Below are positions 9,387 through 18,013 of a DNA stretch of 64,000 nt, piece after piece. Position numbers and translations under genes: made by a program. The notes beneath the pieces are model-generated. The model was not told where the DNA came from, ran no database searches, and saw only the letters and a program-made list of their open reading frames with translations. The DNA lies in contig OZ253580.1 in the NCBI GenBank assembly GCA_965263035.1, positions 1,392,196 through 1,456,195 of the forward strand, given 5' to 3'. Position 1 is the first letter of the stretch. The number at the start of each line of letters is the position of its first letter. The DNA comes from Acidobacteriota bacterium (GTDB taxonomy: Bacteria > Acidobacteriota > UBA6911 > RPQK01 > JAJDTT01).

Positions 9387-11176
9387 TCGAGTACGACCAG
9401 GAAGAGATCCTGGGTCGAGTCTACGACCGGCGATTGGCCCGGAGGATGCTGGGATACCTGGCTCCCTACCGCTGGGTCGTGGGCGCATCGGTAGCGTTGC
9501 TTCTGGTGGTGTCGGCCCTGCAACTGGCGGGTCCGCTCCTGACGCTGATCGCCATCGACCAACACATCAGAATCGGCGACCGGAACGGTCTCACGCTTCT
9601 GGCACTGCTTTACCTCGGGCTCCTGATTCTGCAATTCGGCTGCTCGTTCGCACAGACGTGGCTGATGAACTGGACCGGACAGCGGGTCATGAACGATCTG
9701 AGGGTCCAGATCTTCAGTCACGTCCAGACCCTGCACGTCGGCTACTTCGACAGGAATCCCGTGGGCCGGCTGATCACCCGCATGACCAACGACGTGGACG
9801 TCCTCAACGAGCTCTTCACGGCCGGCGTCGTGAGCATCTTCGGGGACATCTTCCTGTTGGGCGGCATCGTAACGGTCATGCTCTGGACGGATTGGCAACT
9901 GGCCCTGATCAGCTTGTCGGTCCTGCCCCTCATTTTCCTGGCCACCATGATCTTCAAGATCAAGGTTCGCGGCTCCTATCGATGGGTCCGGGCCTGCGTG
10001 GTCAAGATCAACGCCTTCCTTCAGGAGAACATCACCGGCATGCCGGTGGTCCAGATCTTCGTTCAGGAGGACCGCAAGTTCGACCAGTTCCGGGAACGGA
10101 ACCGGGAACACCTACAGGCCAATATTCAATCCATCTTCTACTACGCGGTATTCTATCCCGTGATCAACTTGGTGGGGGCCCTGGCCATCGCCCTGATTCT
10201 CTGGTACGGAGGGGGCCGCGTGCTGGACGGCGTCCTGACCCTGGGCACGCTGGTGGCCTTCCTTCAGTATTCGGAACGCTTCTTCAAGCCCATCAGCGAC
10301 CTGAGCGAAAAGTTCAACATCCTGCAGAGCGCCATGGCCAGTTCGGAGCGGATCTTCAAGCTCCTGGACACACGTGCCGAGGTTCGGCCTCCGTCGGAAC
10401 CCACACCGTTGCCGTCAGGCGGCGGCGCCATCGAGTTTCGCAACGTGTCGTTCGCCTACAAGGAGGACACGCCGGTCCTGCGGAACCTGAGCTTGAGGAT
10501 CGCCCCCGGCGAACGAGTGGCCATCGTGGGACCGACCGGTTCGGGAAAAACCACGCTGATCAACCTGATCTGCAGATTTTACGACGTCCAGGAAGGAGAC
10601 ATTCTCATCGACGGAATCCCCATCGCCGACCTGGACCCCGGGGAATTGAGGCGAAGGATGGCGGTGGTGCTCCAGGACGTCTTTCTCTTCAGCGGCACCA
10701 TCGAAGAGAACGTCCGGCTGTGGAGGGCTTCCATCGACCGGCCACGGGTCACGGATGCGGTGCGCCACGTCAACGCCCTGGGCTTCATTCAGGAGAAGCC
10801 CAAGGGACTCGACTCGCCGGTTACGGAAAGGGGCACATCGTTGTCCGTGGGTCAAAGACAGCTACTGGCCTTCGCCCGGGCCCTGGCCCACGATCCCAGA
10901 ATCCTGATCCTGGACGAGGCCACTTCGTCGGTCGACACGGAGACCGAGATTCTCATCCAGGACGCCTTGAGCACGCTCATGGAAGGGAGAACCTCCATCG
11001 TCATCGCCCACCGCCTTTCCACCATCCAGAACTGCGACCGTATCGTGGTCCTCCGCCAGGGAAGAATCGAGGAAGAAGGCACCCATCAGGAGTTGCTCAA
11101 ACTGAGGGGCCTCTACTACAAGCTTTACCAACTCCAGTATCAGGATGAGGAACGAACCGTGGGGAGTGAGAAGTGA
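9383..11176 (+). CDS. ABC exporter, fused permease + ATP-binding protein (half transporter 2).
   Basis: Walker A GPTGSGKTT, signature LSVGQRQL, Walker B ILILDEATS. Its 4-bp overlap with the preceding gene indicates an operon. Confidence 0.9.
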   Translation: MIEYDQEEILGRVYDRRLARRMLGYLAPYRWVVGASVALLLVVSALQLAGPLLTLIAIDQHIRIGDRNGLTLLALLYLGLLILQFGCSFAQTWLMNWTGQRVMNDLRVQIFSHVQTLHVGYFDRNPVGRLITRMTNDVDVLNELFTAGVVSIFGDIFLLGGIVTVMLWTDWQLALISLSVLPLIFLATMIFKIKVRGSYRWVRACVVKINAFLQENITGMPVVQIFVQEDRKFDQFRERNREHLQANIQSIFYYAVFYPVINLVGALAIALILWYGGGRVLDGVLTLGTLVAFLQYSERFFKPISDLSEKFNILQSAMASSERIFKLLDTRAEVRPPSEPTPLPSGGGAIEFRNVSFAYKEDTPVLRNLSLRIAPGERVAIVGPTGSGKTTLINLICRFYDVQEGDILIDGIPIADLDPGELRRRMAVVLQDVFLFSGTIEENVRLWRASIDRPRVTDAVRHVNALGFIQEKPKGLDSPVTERGTSLSVGQRQLLAFARALAHDPRILILDEATSSVDTETEILIQDALSTLMEGRTSIVIAHRLSTIQNCDRIVVLRQGRIEEEGTHQELLKLRGLYYKLYQLQYQDEERTVGSEK

Positions 11177-11197
11177 GATCAGGCCGGAGGGCTAGCT

Positions 11198-13662
11198 CTG
11201 CCCTATACCCACAAATAGTGCTGGACAAACAAGAATGCCTGTCGTAGTCTCCACGACATGGCAGTTCAGAACCAGATCAAGCGCACCTTGAGCCGAGAGT
11301 TGGATCGTTTGCACGCCGTGATGAGGCGGGAGAAGTTCGCCCACCGGACGGCGCTGGCGGACCGGGTCTGCTCGGAGTTTGGATTTCACGATGCCCGAGG
11401 GCGGGCGCAACGGAGCGGCTGCCTGAAGGCGCTCCGGGAGCTGGAGGCGGGCGGACGGATTCGTCTGCCGACGCCGCGACGGCGGGTGAAACATTGCGGG
11501 CCCCGAGGACTGGGCCGTGCGGTGCCGGAGCCGGTCGGGGTGCCCGAGACGGTGGACGGCGTGCGGGAGCTGGAGTTGATCGCGGTGGAGACGGGTCCGC
11601 AACGAGCGCTCTGGAACGAGTTGATGGCGCGAGAGCATCCACGGGGCGCGGGGCCGTTGGTGGGTGCTCAACTACGCTATCTGGTGGGCTCGGCGCACGG
11701 CTGGCTGGGGGGCTTGGGGTTCGGGGCGGCGGCGTTGCGGTTGCGGGACCGGGACCGCTGGATCGGATGGGATGAGGAACAACGCCGGGCGCACCTGCAC
11801 CGGGTGGTGGGGCTGAGCCGGTTTCTGATCCGTCCGTCAGTGAGGTGTCGTAATCTGGCCTCCCGGGTGCTGGGGGAGGTGTTGCGGCGGCTGGGTCCGG
11901 AGTTCCAGGCGCGCTACGGCTACCGTCCCTGGCTGGTGGAGACCTTCGTGGAGACGGCTCGCCACGATGGGGCCAGTTTGCGCGCCACGAACTGGAGGGT
12001 TCTGGGGCAGACGCAGGGTCGAGGCCGGCAAGATCGGGCGCACCGGGGTGCGGAGACGAGCAAGGCGATCTATGGGTATGAGTTGTGCCGGGATTGGCGT
12101 CGGCGGTTGGGGGTGGGACCGGCGCCGAGGCGGGGAGTGGAACCGATGTCGGAGGGCGAGGGACTGGAGGGAGCGGGCTGGGCTCAGCAGGAGTTGGGCG
12201 GGGCGCCGCTGGGAGACCGGCGCTTGAGTCGGCGACTGGTGGAGAGTGCGCACCGTCAGGCGCAGGAGCCGGGGCGGGCGTTCACGGGAGTGGCGCGGGG
12301 CGATCCGGCGGCGGTCAAGGGATACTACCGGCTGATCGACCAGCCGGAAGCCTCGGCGGTGACGGTGTCCAACATCCTGGCCCCGCACCGGGAGCGGACC
12401 CGGCAGCGGATGCAGGGGCAGCGGACGGTGCTGTGCATCCAGGACGGGAGCGATCTGAACTTCACGCGGCACGGCCGGTGTGAGGGACTGGGGGTGATCG
12501 GGCGCAACCAGACGGGAGCGACGGCGCGGGGACTGCATCTGCACGCGACGCTGGTGGTGAGTGAGACGGGGCTGCCGCTGGGGGTGTTGCGGGCGAAGCT
12601 GGACGCGCCGAAGCCGGGACCGGTGGCCACGCGGAAAAAGAAGAAGACGTATCGCTGGATCGAGGGACTTCGGGACTGCGCCGAGGTGTCGCGGTCCCTC
12701 GACGGGGTGCGGGTGGTCAGCGTGGTGGACCGGGAGGCGGATTTTTTCGCACTGTTCGCCGAGCAACGAGCGTCTCCGGAGGTGGAGTTGCTGGTGCGTG
12801 CGAAGCAGGATCGGGTGCTGAAGCGGAAGACCCGGGCGAAGGCGGCCGGGAAAAGCGGGGATCCGGACCAGGAGCAGAAGCGGAAGCTGTTCGGGCGCCT
12901 GCGATCGGCGCCGGTGCGGGCCCGGATGCTGCTGGAGGTGAAGCGTCAGAGTGCGCGGATCAAGGCCAGCAAGCAGGCGGCCCGCCCGCGGCGGCTGGCG
13001 CGGGTGGCACGGATGGAACTGCGCTACGAGACCCTGACGATTCCGGCGCCGCGCGGGAACCCAACCGGCATCCCGTCGCTGAGACTGTCGGTGGTGCACG
13101 CGCGGGAGGTCGCGCCGCCGGCGCAGGGGAAGCGCCTGGAATGGTTCCTGCTCACCACCCTGCCGGTGACCGATGTCGAGACGGCGCAGCAACTGCTGAG
13201 ATGGTATGCCCTGCGCTGGCGGGTGGAGGATTATTTCCGGGTGCTCAAGACCGGATGCCGGGTGCAACAGCTCCAGCACCAAACCGCCGAACGTCTGAAA
13301 CGGGCCATCGCCATGCACGCCGTCATCGCCTGGCGGATCATGCTGATGACGCTGTTGGGGCGAGAGGACCCGGATCTGCCGGCGCAGTTGCTGTTTTCCG
13401 ATCTGGAAATCCGGGTCCTGGGGGCGTTTGCCGCGTCGCGACGATACCCACCGCCGGAAGACCTGGGGGCGGCCGTGCTCGTGCTGGCCCGCCTGGGAGG
13501 ATATCTGGCTCGTAAACACGACCCCCCACCCGGGCATCAACTGCTGTGGCAGGGCTACGTCACGCTTTACGGCATGTGTCTGGGCTTCGCTTTACGAGAA
13601 GAAACATGAACGAAACCAGACCCAGGCTAATGTGCCCTGTGCAATATGTGGGTAAAGGGCAG
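11198..13662 (+). mobile_element. IS4/Tn5-like insertion sequence, copy 1 (the divergent copy).
   Basis: Imperfect terminal inverted repeats CTGCCCTATACCCACAAATAGTGC ... GCAATATGTGGGTAAAGGGCAG. An 8-bp direct repeat GGCTAGCT lies at 11190-11197 and 13663-13670. It contains the 783-aa transposase ORF. Confidence 0.9.
11258..13609 (+). CDS. Fusion protein: N-terminal ~300-aa domain (DUF4338/DruA-like, from memory) + Tn5-type DDE transposase.
   Basis: The C-terminal ~470 aa match Tn5 Tnp in the DNA-binding region and the DDE triad (IQDGSD, VVDREADFF, RWRVEDYFRVLKTG). The N-terminal 300 aa have no transposase counterpart. Confidence 0.85.
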   Translation: MAVQNQIKRTLSRELDRLHAVMRREKFAHRTALADRVCSEFGFHDARGRAQRSGCLKALRELEAGGRIRLPTPRRRVKHCGPRGLGRAVPEPVGVPETVDGVRELELIAVETGPQRALWNELMAREHPRGAGPLVGAQLRYLVGSAHGWLGGLGFGAAALRLRDRDRWIGWDEEQRRAHLHRVVGLSRFLIRPSVRCRNLASRVLGEVLRRLGPEFQARYGYRPWLVETFVETARHDGASLRATNWRVLGQTQGRGRQDRAHRGAETSKAIYGYELCRDWRRRLGVGPAPRRGVEPMSEGEGLEGAGWAQQELGGAPLGDRRLSRRLVESAHRQAQEPGRAFTGVARGDPAAVKGYYRLIDQPEASAVTVSNILAPHRERTRQRMQGQRTVLCIQDGSDLNFTRHGRCEGLGVIGRNQTGATARGLHLHATLVVSETGLPLGVLRAKLDAPKPGPVATRKKKKTYRWIEGLRDCAEVSRSLDGVRVVSVVDREADFFALFAEQRASPEVELLVRAKQDRVLKRKTRAKAAGKSGDPDQEQKRKLFGRLRSAPVRARMLLEVKRQSARIKASKQAARPRRLARVARMELRYETLTIPAPRGNPTGIPSLRLSVVHAREVAPPAQGKRLEWFLLTTLPVTDVETAQQLLRWYALRWRVEDYFRVLKTGCRVQQLQHQTAERLKRAIAMHAVIAWRIMLMTLLGREDPDLPAQLLFSDLEIRVLGAFAASRRYPPPEDLGAAVLVLARLGGYLARKHDPPPGHQLLWQGYVTLYGMCLGFALREET

Positions 13663-13664
13663 GG

Positions 13665-15104
13665 CTAGCTCGCGCCGCGGCCCCAGACTACGGCCGGTAT
13701 GGTCTTGAGCAGAATCCAGAGATCGAGCTTCAAGGACCACTGGTCGATGTACTGGAGATCCAGCTTCATCCATTCCTGAAAGTCCAGCTCGTTCCGGCCG
13801 GAGATCTGCCAGAGACAGGTGATGCCCGGCTTGACGCTCAGGCGCCGCCGCTGGCTCCGGGAATAGTGCCGGACCTCCTCGGGGAGCGGCGCCCGGGGGC
13901 CCACCAGGCTCATCTCGCCTCTCAACACGTTTGCCAGTTGCGGCAACTCGTCGATGCTGTACCTGCGCAGAATGCGTCCCAAGGACGTCACGCGGGGATC
14001 GTTGCGCATCTTGAACACCGGACCGTCCATCTCGTTGAGATGCCGGAGTTCCCGGAGCTGGTCCTCGGCCCCTTCGACCATGGTGCGAAACTTGACCAGC
14101 CGGAACTCCCGGCCGTAGAGCCCGCGCCGAACCTGACGATAGAAGACCGATCCGGGTGAGGTGAACTTGATCAGAGCCATGATCAGGAGCATGAAGGGGG
14201 ACGCCAGCGCCAGCAGAGCCGACGCCAGGACACAATCCATGATCCGCTTGACCACCAGGGCCACGCTCTGGTCCGGAGCCATGGAGAAGGTGATGAGGGG
14301 AAGCTCCTCCAGGAAATCGAGCGATAGCCTGGAGGCGGATGCGGGGAAGAAGTCGGCGGCGATCCGGGTCCGGATTCCGAGCTCCTCACACAGTTTCAGA
14401 ACCTCCTGAAACTGGCGGTTGTCCTCGGGCTGAGCGTCCACGAATATGATCTCGTCCACGATCAGCCGGTCCATGACCAAGTCGGGAAGATCCTTGAGCG
14501 ATCCCACAATCCGTATCCCGGGGGCCTCGGTCCAGGTTTCTCCAGGCGCCAGATGTCCGACGACGTGGTAGCCCCACTTTCGGAACCGGACCAGCACCTC
14601 GCTGACATGCTGGGCCCGGGAGTCGATTCCCACGACCAGGATCTTGACCTGATGGTGCTCGTTGACGTTCCGGGTCCTCAAGATCCAATGCAGCAGAATG
14701 CGGTTCAAGCCCAGAAAGAGACCGGAGAGTCCGATGAAATTGAAGAAAACGGGCCGGCTCACATCCAGGTCGAACACGAAGACGATGAAACCCACGGCAA
14801 GACCGGCGGCGCAGACGAAGCGGCCGATGCGGAACAGGTGCTGGGAGGCGGAGACCTGGTAGAAGCGAGAGTATTGTTGGGTCATCCGGAGGATGGGAAT
14901 CCAAATCGGCAACACGGCCAGCAGATAGACCAGGTAACGGGAATAGGGCAGCAGAACCGGATGGAATGCGGGCGCGATCAAGGCCGGCGCCAATTCCACC
15001 AGCAAGGATCGGGAGAAATAGGCCAGGGTCAAGGCCAGAAAGGCGACGGCGATGTCCGCCGCCTGAAGGAGGTTGCCGTAGACTTGAGACTGGCGATCGA
15101 ACAT
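13665..15104 (-). CDS. Polyprenyl-phosphate sugar phosphotransferase (WcaJ/EpsL-like bacterial sugar transferase, exopolysaccharide priming).
   Basis: N-terminal TM helices plus the C-terminal Bac_transf blocks KFRTM, DELPQL and SLVGPRP. Its stop codon lies inside the CTAG target duplication of IS copy 1. Confidence 0.85.
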   Translation of the reverse strand: MFDRQSQVYGNLLQAADIAVAFLALTLAYFSRSLLVELAPALIAPAFHPVLLPYSRYLVYLLAVLPIWIPILRMTQQYSRFYQVSASQHLFRIGRFVCAAGLAVGFIVFVFDLDVSRPVFFNFIGLSGLFLGLNRILLHWILRTRNVNEHHQVKILVVGIDSRAQHVSEVLVRFRKWGYHVVGHLAPGETWTEAPGIRIVGSLKDLPDLVMDRLIVDEIIFVDAQPEDNRQFQEVLKLCEELGIRTRIAADFFPASASRLSLDFLEELPLITFSMAPDQSVALVVKRIMDCVLASALLALASPFMLLIMALIKFTSPGSVFYRQVRRGLYGREFRLVKFRTMVEGAEDQLRELRHLNEMDGPVFKMRNDPRVTSLGRILRRYSIDELPQLANVLRGEMSLVGPRAPLPEEVRHYSRSQRRRLSVKPGITCLWQISGRNELDFQEWMKLDLQYIDQWSLKLDLWILLKTIPAVVWGRGAS

Positions 15105-15163
15105 CTCGGTGTCGTCCCCGAAGCGGCCCGCCGGACCTGGCCGGGAGCCGGGGGGCGTTCAAT

Positions 15164-15874
15164 TCAGCAATCGGTCAGGTCCCCGATCCGGGGAGGCCGG
15201 GACATGAGGAAACCCTCCGCCAAGGAGCATCCTACTAGACTCCCCACGTGCGTGTGGAAACTCCGGATCCTTTCCAGGAACCGAGGATCGCTGAGATAGG
15301 TGGCAGGCTCGCTCGAGTCCGAGCGAAATAACTGGGACGCAAAGGCCTCCAAAGCGCGCTCCTTCTGCTCGTAGTGGTCCGAAATGTCCACTCCGAAGTG
15401 GGGTACGACCGGCTGATCGAAATGGGTCCAGTAGGCGATCCGCTGCGGACGGAAACGCGGTTGAGACGTTTCGATGGCCGCCAGGCCGGCATGGTGAACC
15501 GCCTCCTCTACCAGAATCGTTGCCTTGCCGTGGTCCGGATGGCCCCATCTGGAATGAGTCAGGACCAGCTTGGGCCGGTACTGGCGGATCACTCGGATCA
15601 ATTCCAGACGGCTCTCCTCATCGAGACTCAGATCCCCGTCTCTCAACCCCAGGTTCAGCCGGAAGTCCAGACCCAGGAGAGCAGCCGCGCGACGGGCTTC
15701 GAGGGCCCGGGTCTCAATCGTACCGCGGGTTCCCAACTCGCCCCGTGTCAGATCCACGACGCCTGTGCGGCGACCCAGGGACTTCAGGCGAAGCAGCGTC
15801 CCGCCGCAACCCAGCTCGACGTCGTCGGGATGCGCGCCCACGGCGAGAACGTCGACTCGTTCCTGTTCACACAT
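15164..15874 (-). CDS. bshB: PIG-L/LmbE-family N-acetylglucosaminyl deacetylase (BshB-like).
   Basis: AVGAHPDDVELGCGGT motif. It overlaps the 3' end of bshC by 8 bp. Confidence 0.75.
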   Translation of the reverse strand: MCEQERVDVLAVGAHPDDVELGCGGTLLRLKSLGRRTGVVDLTRGELGTRGTIETRALEARRAAALLGLDFRLNLGLRDGDLSLDEESRLELIRVIRQYRPKLVLTHSRWGHPDHGKATILVEEAVHHAGLAAIETSQPRFRPQRIAYWTHFDQPVVPHFGVDISDHYEQKERALEAFASQLFRSDSSEPATYLSDPRFLERIRSFHTHVGSLVGCSLAEGFLMSRPPRIGDLTDC

Positions 15875-17507
15875 GGATCACCTGGTGGCCCATACAGAAG
15901 GGGTCGATCGTTTCCAACAGGCCATCGATGAACCCGGGTCCCTCTTCCATCAGGAACTGGTTGAAGTTGACGACCCGTTCCTGCAGCTTCTCCTCGGGAT
16001 GAAGACGGGTATGAAGATAGTCCAGATGACGGCCGGCGACGCGGTCGCGGTTTCGATAGTTTTCCAGAAATCGGTTCTCCACCCGGTCCATCTGATAAAA
16101 GACTCGCTTCCAAGCCCTGGGAACCATCCTGTCGAGACTCGGATCGACGCGGACAATGTCCCCCTGTAGCCGAGTCAGGCTCTCCCTGACCACTTCCGAG
16201 ATCCGGTCGAACTCGTCCAGGACGTGCTTTGAAGCTCCTGTCCTGGCGACACGTTGGGTGATTCGGGAGGCGCCCAGGGTGAGCAGCTCGACCAGATCCA
16301 GCGAGTGCTTTTTCAGCAGCCGCTGGGACTTCCGGTCCACTACCGTTACCCCGACCCTGGGGAACACGCAGCACTGAATCTTCCAGTAGGGACTGATGGC
16401 GCCGATCTGACTGAAGTAGGCGACCTCCGCCGGCCCTCCCACGTAAGCTACGGTAGGGAAAAGGTGGTCCTGAATGATGGGCCGCAACAAAACGTTGGGA
16501 CCGAACTCACCAACTCCGGTTCGTATCCGTTCCAGCAGCTCTTCCGGCCGCAGCCGGAGAGAGCGGCTACCGCGGCTCCAATAGGCTCCGGATCGGTACT
16601 CCAACTTGTAACGCCGTCTCCCCTCGAGCCAGAAGAGGAGTGACTCTGAGCTGTCCACGGGCACCTGCACGCGGTGGCCATCCGCCTCCAGCTTCCGCCC
16701 GCGGGTCTGCAAGGAGCGGATCAGACGTTTCCGCTCCAGGACCGCCGTCTCGAAGACCTGTCTCAACGCGCCCTTGTATCCGGGTTGGAGCGCGTCGAAG
16801 AGAATGAGCCCCTGGTTTCGAAAGAGCCGGGCGAGCCAACGGCCCTGGGCATCGGTAAAAGGCGTGCCGGGCGCGAAGGCCGATTCGAGGGTTCGAAGGA
16901 TCGCTTCCTGACACTCGGAAGTGGGAGCGCCGTCCTGGAGCCTCTTCAGGGGATCACCCACCGATTCCAACGAAACCGTGCCCACCATGGTTGACGAAGG
17001 GGGGGAGGGACCGGAATAGTCCAGATGCAACAACGATCCCTGCGGACCGAAGAAGGCTGTGGAACGGGATTCCAGAAAATCAGAGTCATCGGAAGGAAGC
17101 CAGAAGACGGGAACCGCCGGACACCCCTGAGACTCCAGGACCCGGGCCAGGCTCACGGCGGTCAGCGCCTTGTAGACGGAGAGGGCCGGTCCGCCGAAGA
17201 GGCCCAGCTGTTGGCCCGTCACCACAGCCACGGTCCCCGAATCCCGCAGCTTCTCGATATTCTCGCCGGTGGAGGGCCCCGAGCCCACCCGGGCATTGAA
17301 ATCGTGCAGCATCCGGACGAGACTCTCGCGGGGCAACCGGGAGTCCCGTCCCCGCGCGGCCTCGGCCCGTTGGCGCAGAGCCTCCGGGCTGGTGTGCGCC
17401 GGTCCGGCCGGATAGAGCGGTGAGACCCGGTCGAAATCGTGCAGATACTGGAGAAAAAGCCGACTCTGCCCCGGCAACCGGCGGCGGTCGAGACGCTCGA
17501 CTCTCAT
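15867..17507 (-). CDS. bshC: Bacillithiol biosynthesis cysteine-adding enzyme BshC.
   Basis: 546 aa. VVTGQQLGLFGGPALSVYKALTAVSLARVLE...VPVFWLPSDDSDFLE aligns with the B. subtilis BshC block VVGGQQAGLLTGPLYTIHKI...IPIFWVAGEDHDLDE. PTVAYVGGPAEVAYFSQ ~ PTLAFIAGPGEINYWGE. Confidence 0.8.
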   Translation of the reverse strand: MRVERLDRRRLPGQSRLFLQYLHDFDRVSPLYPAGPAHTSPEALRQRAEAARGRDSRLPRESLVRMLHDFNARVGSGPSTGENIEKLRDSGTVAVVTGQQLGLFGGPALSVYKALTAVSLARVLESQGCPAVPVFWLPSDDSDFLESRSTAFFGPQGSLLHLDYSGPSPPSSTMVGTVSLESVGDPLKRLQDGAPTSECQEAILRTLESAFAPGTPFTDAQGRWLARLFRNQGLILFDALQPGYKGALRQVFETAVLERKRLIRSLQTRGRKLEADGHRVQVPVDSSESLLFWLEGRRRYKLEYRSGAYWSRGSRSLRLRPEELLERIRTGVGEFGPNVLLRPIIQDHLFPTVAYVGGPAEVAYFSQIGAISPYWKIQCCVFPRVGVTVVDRKSQRLLKKHSLDLVELLTLGASRITQRVARTGASKHVLDEFDRISEVVRESLTRLQGDIVRVDPSLDRMVPRAWKRVFYQMDRVENRFLENYRNRDRVAGRHLDYLHTRLHPEEKLQERVVNFNQFLMEEGPGFIDGLLETIDPFCMGHQVIHV

Positions 17508-17527
17508 GCGGCCGCCAGTTTAACCGA

Positions 17528-17565
17528 AAGTCCCGCGCGGCACCGGGACCGATGCCGCGCGGGAC
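17528..17565 (-). terminator. Stem-loop between comEA and bshC (possible comEA terminator or bshC leader structure).
   Basis: Perfect 14-bp inverted repeat AGTCCCGCGCGGCA-ccgggaccga-TGCCGCGCGGGACT. There is no strong U-tract. Confidence 0.3.
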
Positions 17566-17675
17566 TCTCATCAGGGACCTCCGGGAACAGAGTCCGCAGT
17601 GTCATGCCCCTCGAGATGACCGACGACAATCGCCGGCATCTCCATGAGACGCAAGCCTTTTGGAGGGACGGTCTG

Positions 17676-17990
17676 TTACGGGCGCTTCGCCTTTTCCTCG
17701 GAAGGGGAGGAGGGGGCCTTGACCATGATCCGGTCCCTGAGCCTCAGAAAGGTCTTCTCTCCGATGCCACGGACGTTCATCAGATCTTCAATCCGCTTGA
17801 AGGCTCCGTTTTTCTCCCGGAACGTCACGATTCGTCTGGCGATTGACGGTCCGACGCCGGGGAGGGTGTCCAACTCTTCCACGGTCGCCTGATTCAGATC
17901 CAGCTTGTCCGCAGCCGCGGCATCCGGACACCAGAGCCAGGGCATGGCCATCAGCAAGGTCGAGAACAACAGAATCTTTCGCATGTGCAC
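17676..17990 (-). CDS. comEA: ComEA-family helix-hairpin-helix DNA-binding protein.
   Basis: Signal peptide followed by the HhH motif LDLNQATVEELDTLPGVGPSIARRIVTFR...GIGEKT. Confidence 0.85.
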   Translation of the reverse strand: MHMRKILLFSTLLMAMPWLWCPDAAAADKLDLNQATVEELDTLPGVGPSIARRIVTFREKNGAFKRIEDLMNVRGIGEKTFLRLRDRIMVKAPSSPSEEKAKRP

Positions 17991-18013
17991 CTCCTTTGGT
18001 TTGGGTTTGGGGC

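Noticed and set aside
11837-13540. 567-aa minus-strand ORF, plus 121-, 124-, 132- and 101-aa ORFs inside every IS copy.
   Set aside because: They are antisense or alternative frames of the transposase gene. Their composition is Arg/Pro/Gly-rich low complexity typical of high-GC frame artefacts, and the sense strand has clear Tn5 homology.
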